A DNA stretch of 55,290 bases from IMG/VR virus record IMGVR_UViG_3300046373_000115, positions 1 through 55,290 of that record; one strand, given 5' to 3'. Numbering within the stretch: position 1 is the first letter of the stretch; the number at the start of each line of letters is the position of its first letter. Shown one piece after another: positions 1-9,010 of this stretch. The notes below the pieces were generated by a model. That model worked only from the letters and a program-made list of their open reading frames with translations. It made no database searches and was not told the DNA's origin. A program made the translations under genes and the position numbers. This stretch comes from a virus. Lineage: Duplodnaviria; Caudoviricetes.

Positions 1-127
1 ACAACTCGCCATGTCCCCGGGGAAATGACATCCAAGAGAAAGGGACAGGGACAGGGAGATTAAGTTCCGTTTCTGACGAAACGGGCGCCGATGCGCCGCT
101 GTCGTCCCGACCTCAGTTCGAAGGCAA
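1..127. repeat. 127-bp terminal direct repeat (identical to 55164-55290); circular-contig overlap
   Basis: Bases 1-127 (acaactcgcc...gaaggcaa) match 55164-55290, and an ORF reads in frame across the join. Confidence 0.97.
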
Positions 128-554
128 GGACCCCAAGGCGAAGGCCTGGGCTGTCGCCAAGACCCTGCTCACCGAGCGGGGAGGGCTGACAGCCGCCCGA
201 GCCGGCGAGGTCGTCGGCAAACTGTGGCGAGACCACAGCCTCGACGCCGATGAGCTGATCCGCATCGTAGACGCCTGCTGGTCTACCCGCAGCGAAGCTC
301 CGGTCCCGTACCTGACCAAGGCCGCGATCGAGACCGTGAAGGCCAGGACCAGCGCTGGCGGCCAGATCGACGCGCCGTCAGAGCGCCAGCAGCGGACCTG
401 GGTCGAAGACTGGCAGAAGTCCCCCGCCAGCTGGACCGGCCAGCGAGGCCCACGTCCCGGTCAGCCCGGATGTCGCGTCTCGGCGGACATCCTGAGCGAA
501 TATGGGATCGAGGTCGCGCCGGCGGCCAATAGCAACTCGGGGAGGGCTGCATGA
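1..554 (+). CDS. 3' part of DUF1376/YdaU-like replication initiator (starts at 54674 and crosses the circular join)
   Basis: Frame from the TTG at 54674 continues through the overlap into the frame of ORF 336..554; about 347 aa in total. Confidence 0.8.
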   Translation, partial: NSPCPRGNDIQEKGTGTGRLSSVSDETGADAPLSSRPQFEGKDPKAKAWAVAKTLLTERGGLTAARAGEVVGKLWRDHSLDADELIRIVDACWSTRSEAPVPYLTKAAIETVKARTSAGGQIDAPSERQQRTWVEDWQKSPASWTGQRGPRPGQPGCRVSADILSEYGIEVAPAANSNSGRAA

Positions 555-1354
555 CACCGATTTGGAGGAAGGCTGTTGCTGAAGGCTTGAAGTCCAAGGA
601 TCCAAATGTGCGCCTCACGGTCGAGGCGATCGCAAGCACCACCCATTGTTTCGACCTATCGCCAGTCGCGACCCTCTTGACCGAGACCGCCAAAGAGTTG
701 GGCCGGGCTTATTCTGGCCCGATCGACCTAGGAGAGGGCGTGGTCTTCCCTGCCGAATCCTTCTGGATCGAGTGGCCAGCGTTTGGCCTCGTGATGGCGA
801 GATGGGGCGGACTTGATCGAAAGGGCCTCGCAATCTGGGCCTTCAGGGCAGCGATGGAGCCGCTGTGGCCGCAGGGCCAAACTCAGATCCAGCAATATGT
901 GCAGGTCGGCCACATCTTCATGGGCGCGGACGGCTTGTTCACGATCGCTACGGGCCCCCATCATGACGTCGCAGAGCGCGCGTTCGGGCGAGGCGTCGAG
1001 GGCATTTTGCTTCATGCCTTAGCTGCAATCGCGATCATCAACTCGCCGTCGGCCAAGCGCGTAGACCAGGCTCCACACAAGGGCGTTCAGCGTCACCTTA
1101 GGCAGGCGTTCCCAGCGGCGCCGACCGTCAAGCCGAGCAAGATCGTGATCGCGCTCGATCGCCCAGCAGCCGACGACGGTGAGCCCGGCCATGCGAACTC
1201 GCGACGCGCATATCACTTTTGCCGCGCCCATAGCCGGATGAAGGCCGGAAGAACTGAGCACGTCAGAGCCCACTGGCGCGGCGACCCGGCATTCGGAATT
1301 CGCATCGGCCGGTACGAAGTGCGGCAGAGCCCACCGGCCGGTGAGCGCCAATGA
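551..1354 (+). CDS. hypothetical phage protein with C-terminal HxxRAHxR...VRAHWRG motif
   Basis: 267 aa, ATGA-coupled to upstream gene, GGGAGG RBS, basic His/Arg C-terminal motif common in phage proteins. Confidence 0.7.
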   Translation: MTPIWRKAVAEGLKSKDPNVRLTVEAIASTTHCFDLSPVATLLTETAKELGRAYSGPIDLGEGVVFPAESFWIEWPAFGLVMARWGGLDRKGLAIWAFRAAMEPLWPQGQTQIQQYVQVGHIFMGADGLFTIATGPHHDVAERAFGRGVEGILLHALAAIAIINSPSAKRVDQAPHKGVQRHLRQAFPAAPTVKPSKIVIALDRPAADDGEPGHANSRRAYHFCRAHSRMKAGRTEHVRAHWRGDPAFGIRIGRYEVRQSPPAGERQ

Positions 1355-1731
1355 CCCCCATCACCCCCGTCCGGGAGACCAAGACCATGAACGCCGCACC
1401 CGTCCGCGTCCAACTCAGCCGCGCCAAGGGATGGCGCATTCCTGCGAACACGGTGGTCGTGTCGCGGCCGAGCAAGTGGGGCAACCCGCACGACTGGCGC
1501 ACATGGCTGGAGAACGCGCCTCGCGAAGCACTCCCCTACGCAGCCGACCGCGAGCGCTGGGCCAAAGAGCGCGCGACCCAAGCCTTCCAGGAAGACATCG
1601 CCGACGGAACGCTCAAGTTCGACCTGAAGCCGCTCGCCGGCAAGAACCTGGCCTGTTGGTGCGAGCCGACCTCATGGTGCCACGCATCCGTCCTTCTCGA
1701 ACTCGCCAACCGCCCGGAGAACGCCGCATGA
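1351..1731 (+). CDS. DUF4326 family protein
   Basis: Motifs RVQLSRAKGWRIP, VSRPSKWGNP and LAGKNLACWC. Confidence 0.85.
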   Translation: MTPITPVRETKTMNAAPVRVQLSRAKGWRIPANTVVVSRPSKWGNPHDWRTWLENAPREALPYAADRERWAKERATQAFQEDIADGTLKFDLKPLAGKNLACWCEPTSWCHASVLLELANRPENAA

Positions 1732-2450
1732 ACGCCGACACCAAGCCGAAGCTGGTCTCCGATGAGGAGCAGTTGAGCCGCTTGACCCGGGACGAGGAAC
1801 GCGACCTAGAGCGTGCCGAGCAGGAACTGGCCAGGGCCAAGACAAAGGGCGCCCGCGACACCGCCCGCGACAAGATCGCCAAGATCGCGGCCCGACCGAA
1901 GCAGCGCGTCACCGTCACCGAGCGCCGCGCCGCCCTGGAAGAGACCAAGCGCCTGGCCCGCGCCCGCGGCGAGGAGGTCAACGAGAAGCCCGAACACGGC
2001 GCCGCCGAGATCGAGACCCGCGACGGCCTGAAGCGGATGCGCAAGCTCGGACACCTCACCGAGGAACAGCTTCGCGTCGGCCTGATCTACCGCAGCGCCC
2101 ATGAAGCGCGGGGCTCAAGCCTCAAGGCCTCACAGATCGGCGACAGCGGCGGAGCTGGGCACGACAACGACAAGTTCGTGATGAAGGCGCTCGAGCGGGC
2201 GAAGCTGGCGGAGTTCGTCGGCAAGACCGATCGGGCCGTGGCCCTCGGCTGCATCTCCAACCCGTCGGCGCTGCAGATGCTCCGCCACGTCGCCGGCGAA
2301 GGCGGAAACGTCACCGATTTCGGCAAGGGCAGGGCGCTGGAGCGCAACCGCGAAGGGCTCTCCCAAGCCCTCGACATCGCCCTCAGGGTCTGGCGCGACA
2401 CAGTGGCGCAACATCGGGTGTCGGAGGCCAAACAGGGCACACCATCTTGA
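1728..2450 (+). CDS. putative late transcription regulator (Q-position gene)
   Basis: ATG 1728 coupled to upstream stop; 240 aa, basic and helical; last gene before late promoter and terminase; function inferred from position. Confidence 0.5.
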   Translation: MNADTKPKLVSDEEQLSRLTRDEERDLERAEQELARAKTKGARDTARDKIAKIAARPKQRVTVTERRAALEETKRLARARGEEVNEKPEHGAAEIETRDGLKRMRKLGHLTEEQLRVGLIYRSAHEARGSSLKASQIGDSGGAGHDNDKFVMKALERAKLAEFVGKTDRAVALGCISNPSALQMLRHVAGEGGNVTDFGKGRALERNREGLSQALDIALRVWRDTVAQHRVSEAKQGTPS

Positions 2451-2475
2451 CGCGGAACCCTAATCGTGGTTCCGC
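2447..2475 (+). promoter_or_regulatory. putative late promoter region: TTGACG followed by 8-bp inverted repeat GCGGAACC-N8-GGTTCCGC
   Basis: TTGACG at 2447-2452; repeat arms 2452-2459 and 2468-2475; directly upstream of the packaging genes. Confidence 0.45.
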
Positions 2476-2515
2476 TTGGTTCGTTGAGAATTGCGCCACA
2501 GTTGCGCCCGACATC

Positions 2516-2552
2516 AGCCCCGCCGGTTCACGCCGCGCGGGGTTTTCTGTTT
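2516..2552 (+). terminator. intrinsic terminator in the late leader (tR'-like)
   Basis: CCCCGC (2518-2523) pairs with GCGGGG (2537-2542), followed by TTTTCTGTTT. Confidence 0.6.
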
Positions 2553-2747
2553 CCCGCCCATCGTCACCCCCGCCTATGCACTGAGCCACGGCAACGGCTA
2601 GCGCGGACACGACGACGGACGGCAAGCCTTCGCCCCAGATCAGCCCTACACCCCCAGATGACCAGCCCGCAGCAAGCCGAAGCGCCCTGCTTGAAGTGGT
2701 CTATCCCACTGAGGCCGACCTGCGGGCGAAACCACAAGGAGGCCGAC

Positions 2748-2867
2748 ATGCTCCAAGCGATCGGCTCCGCTCTCGTCACCATCCTTGCTGTGGTGTTCAT
2801 CGCCGGCATGTGCGCCGGATGTGCTGCGACCGTCACGGCGCATAGGGCGCTGAGGGGTTCCCGGTGA
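2748..2867 (+). CDS. small membrane protein (39 aa)
   Basis: Strong AAGGAGG RBS; hydrophobic stretch AIGSALVTILAVVFIAGMCAGC; GTGA overlap with terS. Confidence 0.6.
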   Translation: MLQAIGSALVTILAVVFIAGMCAGCAATVTAHRALRGSR

Positions 2868-3376
2868 GCGACGCTGACCTGCCCAAGATCGGGCGGCCCA
2901 GCGACTTCACCCCGGAGATGGGCGAGAGGATTTGTGAGGCGATCGCCGACGGTGCAAGCCTCCGCTCCATCTGCGAGAGCGCAACGATGCCGAACCGGTC
3001 GACGGTCTTTCGTTGGCTGGCCGATCCGAAGAACGCCGACTTCCGCGACCAATATGCGCGTGCGCGAGAGTTCAGCGGCGACGCAGACGCGGATGACGTC
3101 GCGCACTACTCGCGGCAGGCGGCGGACGGGAAGATCGAACCAGCCGCTGCGACCGCGGCGATCAACGGGCTCAAGTGGTCTGCCGGCAAGCGTAAGCCGA
3201 AGGTCTACGGCGACAAGATTGCCCACGTCGGCGGCGGCCCAGGCGATGCGCCTATCCGCCATCAAGTCGATCTGTCCGGCCTAAGCGATGAGGAGCTTGA
3301 ACAGCTTGAACTCATCCGCAGCAAGCTTGCCGTCGCTGGCGGAGATCAGGGCGGAGAGGGCGCGACGGGCGACTGA
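2864..3376 (+). CDS. terS: terminase small subunit
   Basis: GRPSDFTPEMGERICEAIADGASLRSIC...PNRSTVFRWL HTH typical of Sf6-like TerS; lies before terL. Confidence 0.9.
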   Translation: MSDADLPKIGRPSDFTPEMGERICEAIADGASLRSICESATMPNRSTVFRWLADPKNADFRDQYARAREFSGDADADDVAHYSRQAADGKIEPAAATAAINGLKWSAGKRKPKVYGDKIAHVGGGPGDAPIRHQVDLSGLSDEELEQLELIRSKLAVAGGDQGGEGATGD

Positions 3377-4817
3377 GGCTGAACGCCGGCGCCTGAGGGA
3401 GAACATCGAGGCCATCCGCGATCGCTGCGTCTCCCTGCCGCAGTTCGTCCGCGAGGCCTGGCACATCCTCGAGCCGAACACGAAGCTGGTCTGGAACTGG
3501 CACCTCGACGCGCTCTGCCTTCACCTCGAGGCGATCACCGACGGGACGATCAATCGCCTTCTCGCCAACGTTCCCCCGGGCTCATCGAAGTCCCTGATTG
3601 TGTCGGTGCTCTGGCCGGCTTGGGAATGGGGCCCGAAAGCCCGCCGCTCGCTCCGCTACCTTGCGACTTCGTTCAACGACGGCCCCGTCACCCGCGACAC
3701 CCGCAAGACTCGCGACCTGATCCGGTCGGACTGGTACCAGGCGCTCTGGCCCGAGGTCGTGCTGACCCGTTTCGGCGAGACATCCTTCGCCAACTCCGAC
3801 ACCGGAACCCGTGAGGGCGTTTCGTTCGGATCGCTGACGTCGCAACGCGGCGATCGCCTGATCATCGACGACCCGCACTCGACTGAGACCGCCGAATCCG
3901 ACGCCGAGCGGACGCGGACCACCCGCAAGTTCCGCGAAGGCGCCACCAACCGCCTCAACGACCAAGAACGGTCAGCCATCGTCGTCGTCATGCAGCGCCT
4001 GCACGAGCAGGACATCAGCGGCGTGATCATGTCGCTGGGCATGGACTTCGTTCGGCTCTGCATTCCCATGGAGTTCGAGCCCGAACGCCGCTGCAGGACC
4101 TCGATTGGATGGGAAGATCCCCGGACTAACGACGGCGACCTGATGGACCCTGTCCGGTTCCCGCGCGCCGTGATCGACGCCCTCAAGCGCGACATGGGCT
4201 CGTATGCCTGGGCGGGCCAGTATCAGCAGCGGCCGACGCCTCGCGAGGGCGGCCTGTTCAAACGTCACTGGTTCGAAGGCAAATTCATCAAGGCCGCGCC
4301 GGCCGGGACGATCTGGTGGCGGCACTGGGATTTGGCAGCCACCAAGAAGATCACCGCGGCGCGAACCGCCGGCGTAAAGATGGGTGTCGCGCCAGACGGC
4401 CGGTTCATCGTCGGCCATGTGGTCAAGACACAAGCCGAGGGCGCAGAGGTCCGCAAGCTCATCAAGACTATGGCCGAACTCGACGGCAAGGACGTCGGGA
4501 TCAGCCTGCCCCAGGATCCAGGCCAGGCCGGCAAGGTGCAGAAGCAAGACTACGTCGCGGGCCTGGCAGGCTGGAACGTTCGCGCGGAACCGGAGACCGG
4601 CGACAAGATCACCCGCGCCGAGCCGTTCTCGGCCCAGTGCGAGGCCGGCAACGTCTACTTGGTCGAGGCTGAATGGAATGCCGACTACCTCGACGAGCTC
4701 TGCATGTTCCCGGCCGGCGCCTTCAAGGACCAGGTCGACGCCTCGTCCGGCGCATTCGGCCGGCTGCTGAAGCCCAGGGCCGCGCCTGCGCTCTTCGGCA
4801 CCTACGCGACCAGATAG
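3288..4817 (+). CDS. terL: terminase large subunit (start may be TTG 3327)
   Basis: Walker A-like NVPPGSSKS, Walker B LIIDDPH, VVMQRLH, YQQRP, nuclease WDLA and DQVDA. Confidence 0.95.
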   Translation: MRSLNSLNSSAASLPSLAEIRAERARRATEAERRRLRENIEAIRDRCVSLPQFVREAWHILEPNTKLVWNWHLDALCLHLEAITDGTINRLLANVPPGSSKSLIVSVLWPAWEWGPKARRSLRYLATSFNDGPVTRDTRKTRDLIRSDWYQALWPEVVLTRFGETSFANSDTGTREGVSFGSLTSQRGDRLIIDDPHSTETAESDAERTRTTRKFREGATNRLNDQERSAIVVVMQRLHEQDISGVIMSLGMDFVRLCIPMEFEPERRCRTSIGWEDPRTNDGDLMDPVRFPRAVIDALKRDMGSYAWAGQYQQRPTPREGGLFKRHWFEGKFIKAAPAGTIWWRHWDLAATKKITAARTAGVKMGVAPDGRFIVGHVVKTQAEGAEVRKLIKTMAELDGKDVGISLPQDPGQAGKVQKQDYVAGLAGWNVRAEPETGDKITRAEPFSAQCEAGNVYLVEAEWNADYLDELCMFPAGAFKDQVDASSGAFGRLLKPRAAPALFGTYATR

Positions 4818-4827
4818 GAGGGCGATC

Positions 4828-6345
4828 ATGGCCTCGACGCCCGCAACGCCGAGTTCCGACTACACCGCCATGCTGCCGTACTGGAACATGGTCGAGACGA
4901 TGCTCGATGGCGCTGACGCGATGCGCGCGGCTCTCGAAGCCTACCTGCCGAAGTTTCCCAACGAGACCGAGGCGGACTACACCTATCGAGCGGCGAACGC
5001 CAAGTTCACCAACATCTTCGCCGACATCGTCAGCAACCTCGCCTCCAAGCCCTTCGCCGAGAAGGTGCAACTCGAGGACGGCGCGTCGGAGCGGATCAAG
5101 ACGCTGTCAGAGGACATCGACGGCCGCGGAAACAACCTGCACGTCTTCTCGTCATCGACGTTCTTCTCCGGCATCGCCATGGCGATCGACTGGATCCTGG
5201 TCGACTTCACTCGGGCCAAGCCCCGCCTCGACGGAAAGCCGCTGTCGCTCGCCGAGGAGGCCCAGCAGGGCCTGCGTCCGTACTGGGTGAGCATCCCCGC
5301 CAAGTCGATGATCGCCGTCTACAGCGAGGCGGTGCGCGGCAAGGAAGAGTTCGTTCACGCCCGCATGGTCGAGTGCATCAAGCGCCGCAGCGGATTTGAT
5401 GAAGTCGTGATCGAGCGGGTTCGCCAATTCAACCGCGAGCCGATCCTGGATGACCTCGGAAATGTCGCGGACTATGCCCGTGCTACCTTCACCGTCTGGG
5501 AGAAGGACGCCAAGAGCGCAGCATGGAAAATCGTTGACGCCGGACCGGTCACCATCGGCGTCATCCCCATCGTTCCCTTCATCACCGGGCGCCGCAAGGT
5601 CGGCAGCTGGCGCTTTGTCCCCGCGATGAAAGACGCCGCAGACCTGCAGAAGGAGCACTATCAGCAGGAGACGGCGCTCAAGTCGATCAAGGAGCTGACG
5701 GCATTCCCGATGCTGGCCGGCAACGGCGTCCAGCCAGCGATGGAGGGTGACAAGGTAGTCGCCGTGCCCGTCGGCCCCCGAACCGTTCTCTACGCTCCGC
5801 CCTTTGGCGAAAGCGGCAATCACGGCGAGTGGGCGTTCATCGAACCGAGCGCGGAGTCGCTGCGCTTTCTCTCCGACGACGTCAAAAACACTGAACAGCA
5901 GTTGCGAGAACTCGGCCGCCAGCCGCTGACCGCGACCCAAGGGATCACGGTCGTCTCGGCGGCCTATGCGGGCCAGAAGGCCAGCAGCGCCGTCCAAGCC
6001 TGGGCCTGGCAGCTGAAGGACGCGCTCGAGCAAGCCTACAGGCTGACCGGCCTGTGGCTGCGCGACACGACTCCGACCGTGGTCAAGATTTTCACCGACT
6101 TCGCCCTGGAGATCGGCGACGACAAGGGCCCGGACGCCCTGGCCACCATGCGCAGCACCGGCGATCTCAGCCAGCAGACGCTGTGGGACGAGATGAAGCG
6201 TCGCAACGTCCTTTCATCGGACTTTGACGCGGACGCAGAGCGCCTACGCCTTGAAGAAGAGCTTCCGGACCCGGACAGCGCGGCCGATGCTGAAGCGGCG
6301 CTAACGCCCGAGAAGCAGGCGGAGCAGGACGCGCTCGCCGCATGA
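4828..6345 (+). CDS. portal protein (DUF4055 type)
   Basis: 505 aa directly after terL; YLPKFPNETEADYTYR, WILVDF, RPYW and IPIVPF motifs; GGAGG RBS. Confidence 0.88.
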   Translation: MASTPATPSSDYTAMLPYWNMVETMLDGADAMRAALEAYLPKFPNETEADYTYRAANAKFTNIFADIVSNLASKPFAEKVQLEDGASERIKTLSEDIDGRGNNLHVFSSSTFFSGIAMAIDWILVDFTRAKPRLDGKPLSLAEEAQQGLRPYWVSIPAKSMIAVYSEAVRGKEEFVHARMVECIKRRSGFDEVVIERVRQFNREPILDDLGNVADYARATFTVWEKDAKSAAWKIVDAGPVTIGVIPIVPFITGRRKVGSWRFVPAMKDAADLQKEHYQQETALKSIKELTAFPMLAGNGVQPAMEGDKVVAVPVGPRTVLYAPPFGESGNHGEWAFIEPSAESLRFLSDDVKNTEQQLRELGRQPLTATQGITVVSAAYAGQKASSAVQAWAWQLKDALEQAYRLTGLWLRDTTPTVVKIFTDFALEIGDDKGPDALATMRSTGDLSQQTLWDEMKRRNVLSSDFDADAERLRLEEELPDPDSAADAEAALTPEKQAEQDALAA

Positions 6346-6863
6346 TCGACCCGGCCGCCTTCATTCACCCCAAGGCCCACGTCGAGGGCTCTGAAATCGG
6401 CCCAGGCTGCAAGGTATGGCAGTTCGCCACCATCACCCGGGGCACGCGCCTTGGGAAAGGCTGCAGCGTCGCTCCATTCGCGCTACTCGACGGCGCTGAG
6501 TTTGGCGACCGCTGCGTGATCTCGATGCACGTCGCCATAGGAGCCGGCTTCGTGATCGGCGACGACTGCTTCATCGGGCCGAATGTCGTGTTCGCAAACG
6601 ACGCCTGGCCGTCGGCGGACAAGGCCGGCTGGGATTACGATGCGCTGGCGTCTGGCCAACTCGTCACCATCCGGATCGGCAATCGTGTCAGCATCGGCGC
6701 TAACGCGGTCATTCTTCCGGGCGTGACCCTTGGCGACAGCTGCTTCATCGGCGCTGGCGCCGTCTGTGGCGTCAATGTCCCAGCTGGCCACCTTTTCAAG
6801 CGCGATGGCTCGATCGTCGAGATCAACCCTGCCTGGACCAAGCGCCGGATGCGCGCCGCGTGA
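6342..6863 (+). CDS. hexapeptide-repeat (left-handed beta-helix) acyltransferase, similar to sugar N-acetyltransferases
   Basis: IHPKAHV, IGDDCFIGPNVVFAND, IGNRVSIGANAVILPGVTLGDSCFIGAGAV repeats. Confidence 0.9.
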   Translation: MIDPAAFIHPKAHVEGSEIGPGCKVWQFATITRGTRLGKGCSVAPFALLDGAEFGDRCVISMHVAIGAGFVIGDDCFIGPNVVFANDAWPSADKAGWDYDALASGQLVTIRIGNRVSIGANAVILPGVTLGDSCFIGAGAVCGVNVPAGHLFKRDGSIVEINPAWTKRRMRAA

Positions 6864-7474
6864 TCACCATCGCGACGCTACTCTGGGATCCGAACGCGAC
6901 CAGCCTAGCGTTCTCACGCTGTTACAACGAGGCGTGGGTCGACAAGCTCTATCGCGGGTTCGCCCGCAACCTGACCCATCCTTTCCGGTTCGTGTGCTTC
7001 ACCGACCGGCCGCGGACATTCGCCGAGCCCATCGACCAGGTCGCGATCCGATCCGCGACCCCGGGCTACGGCGACTGCGTCCAGCCCTTCGAGCTCGACT
7101 GCCCGATGATCCTGGTCGGCCTTGACACCATAATCACCGGCAACATCGACCACCTCGCCGCCTTCTGCCTGGAAGCGGAGGTCATCGGCCTGCCGCGCGA
7201 TCCGTTCAAGCCCAGTCAGGCCTGCAACGGCATCGTCCTCTCGCCGGCCGGCATGCGCCACGTCTGGGACAGCTGGGCCGGCGCGAACGACATGGAGCAT
7301 ATGCGGGCCCAAGACCACGTCTTCATTGACGACGTCTTTCCGGGCCACGTCCAGAGCTTTAAGGGCGCTGTGCGCGACCAAGGACTCGGGGACACCCGCA
7401 TCGTCTACTTCCACGGCTACGAGAAGCCTCACGAATTGCCGAGCATGCCCTGGATCGCTGAGCACTGGCGGTGA
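6860..7474 (+). CDS. putative GT-A fold glycosyltransferase (GT8-like phage family)
   Basis: WVDKLYRGFARNLTHPFRFVCFTD, GLDTIITGNID and IVYFHGYEKPH pattern. Confidence 0.7.
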   Translation: MITIATLLWDPNATSLAFSRCYNEAWVDKLYRGFARNLTHPFRFVCFTDRPRTFAEPIDQVAIRSATPGYGDCVQPFELDCPMILVGLDTIITGNIDHLAAFCLEAEVIGLPRDPFKPSQACNGIVLSPAGMRHVWDSWAGANDMEHMRAQDHVFIDDVFPGHVQSFKGAVRDQGLGDTRIVYFHGYEKPHELPSMPWIAEHWR

Positions 7475-8019
7475 AAGCCGCTCTTGTCCTCGGCGGTGCG
7501 GGTAACGTCTGGGAAGATCTCGACGCAGCGCTGGGCCTTGGTGAGTTCGACGGCGTCATCGCCTGCAACGATGTCGGGGCCGCCTATCCTGGCGATCTGG
7601 ACGCCTGGGTCAGCCTTCACGCCGAGAAGTTCGGCATCTGGACCGCCCAGCGCGTCGCCGCCGGCAATTCCTGGCCCAAGGCTATCCTGGCCCATGCTCA
7701 GGCCAACAAGGGCCTTCCGCCCTGCGTCACCGGCCGCACAGACTTTCGCTTCCCCGGCCAGCCCACAACGGGATCGTCCGGCCTCTTCGCGCTGAAGGTC
7801 GCGCTGATCGACCTAGGCTTTGATCGAGCAGTTCTCTGCGGCGTGCCCATGGCGGCGGCCGCTGGCCACTTCTTCGACCTCGCGGCCTGGACGGCCGTGA
7901 CGTCTCACATGCAGGGCTGGAAAGAGGCTCTGCCGCACATCAAGAACCGGGCCCGCTCGATGAGCGGCTGGACCAGGGATCTCCTGGGCGCGCCGGACGA
8001 GGAATGGCTGGGCCAGTAG
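7471..8019 (+). CDS. Rossmann-like putative transferase (MptE/Maf/GT29-like fold), paralog 1
   Basis: LVLGGA, VIACND, GSSGLFAL, AVLCGVPM...GHF motif order; clear paralog at 14054. Confidence 0.55.
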   Translation: MKAALVLGGAGNVWEDLDAALGLGEFDGVIACNDVGAAYPGDLDAWVSLHAEKFGIWTAQRVAAGNSWPKAILAHAQANKGLPPCVTGRTDFRFPGQPTTGSSGLFALKVALIDLGFDRAVLCGVPMAAAAGHFFDLAAWTAVTSHMQGWKEALPHIKNRARSMSGWTRDLLGAPDEEWLGQ

Positions 8020-8029
8020 CCCACCAGAC

Positions 8030-8061
8030 AGCCCGCGCGAGGTGATCACGGCGGGCTTTTT
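8030..8061 (+). terminator. intrinsic terminator after the modification cassette
   Basis: AGCCCGC...GCGGGCT stem followed by TTTT. Confidence 0.65.
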
Positions 8062-8104
8062 CATGCGCGGGACGCGCGACCACCATCCGGGAAGGATTGA
8101 CCCC

Positions 8105-8899
8105 ATGGCGCTCAAAGCCATTCTGACCAAGCTCGAAGACGCGCCGGAAGCGCTTCGCGAGCACTATCAGCCGGGCGCAGCCGCCGACGGCACCGAAGGC
8201 AAGTTCGTTCTGAAGGTGGAGCCGGTCGAAGGCTTCGCGCTTGAGAACGTCACTGGCCTGAAGTCGGCCCTCGGCGCCGAACGCACCCAGCGCGAGCGCC
8301 TGGAAAAGGATGTCGTCAAGTTCAAGGATCTCGACCCGGATCGCGCCCGCGCCGCCCTGATCGAGCTCGAAGAGCTGAAGAAGATCGACCCGGCCTCCGA
8401 GGCCGACAAGATCGCCAACACCAAGTTCGAAGCGGCCCGCGCCCAGCTGCTGGAAAAGCACACCGGCGAGCTCACCGGCCGCGACCAGCGCATCGGCTTC
8501 CTCACCGGCACTGTCGACGAACTGCTCCGCGAGCAGCGCGCCACCGCGGCGATCGCTGAAGCCAAGGGCTCGGTCGATCTGCTGCTGCCGCACGTCCTGA
8601 AGAACACCCGCACCGTCGAGAAGGACGGAAAGTTCTTCGTCGAGGTCATCGACGCCGCAGGCAACGTCCGCATCGCCGACGGCAAGGGCAATCCGATGCA
8701 GATGTCCGATCTGGTCGCCGAGATGCGCAAGCACGAGACCTTCGCGCGCGCCTTCGACGGCGACGGGCAATCCGGATCTGGCAAGGAACACGATCAAGGC
8801 GGCGGCGGAGGTGGTGGCGGCGCCGGCAGCTTCGGCGGTTCGCGTGAGGAACGCCAAGCCGCCATCGCCGCGAAATTCCCCGGCCTGCCCGCAAGGTAG
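8105..8899 (+). CDS. capsid scaffolding protein
   Basis: Charged coiled-coil protein (MALKAIL...GLKSALGAER) with Gly-rich C-terminus, directly before the capsid gene. Confidence 0.85.
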   Translation: MALKAILTKLEDAPEALREHYQPGAAADGTEGKFVLKVEPVEGFALENVTGLKSALGAERTQRERLEKDVVKFKDLDPDRARAALIELEELKKIDPASEADKIANTKFEAARAQLLEKHTGELTGRDQRIGFLTGTVDELLREQRATAAIAEAKGSVDLLLPHVLKNTRTVEKDGKFFVEVIDAAGNVRIADGKGNPMQMSDLVAEMRKHETFARAFDGDGQSGSGKEHDQGGGGGGGGAGSFGGSREERQAAIAAKFPGLPAR

Positions 8900-9010
8900 A
8901 CCGCCACAGCACGCCTGGGTTCTCGGGATGAGGGCCAGCGACCGAAGCGGGGAGGGATCCCCCGCACCAAAACCCCCGAGAACCCAACCCCCAAGCTTTA
9001 GGAGCTACCC

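Noticed and set aside
1-127. Terminal repeat as a biological direct terminal repeat
   Set aside because: It falls mid-gene, far from the terminase genes, and its 127-bp length fits an assembler k-mer overlap
1341-1727. N-terminal extension of ORF 1341..2450
   Set aside because: Overlaps the DUF4326 gene; the coupled ATG at 1728 is the more plausible start
2469-2482. Alphaproteobacterial SOS box
   Set aside because: Spacing is GTTC-N6-GTTC, not the N7 consensus
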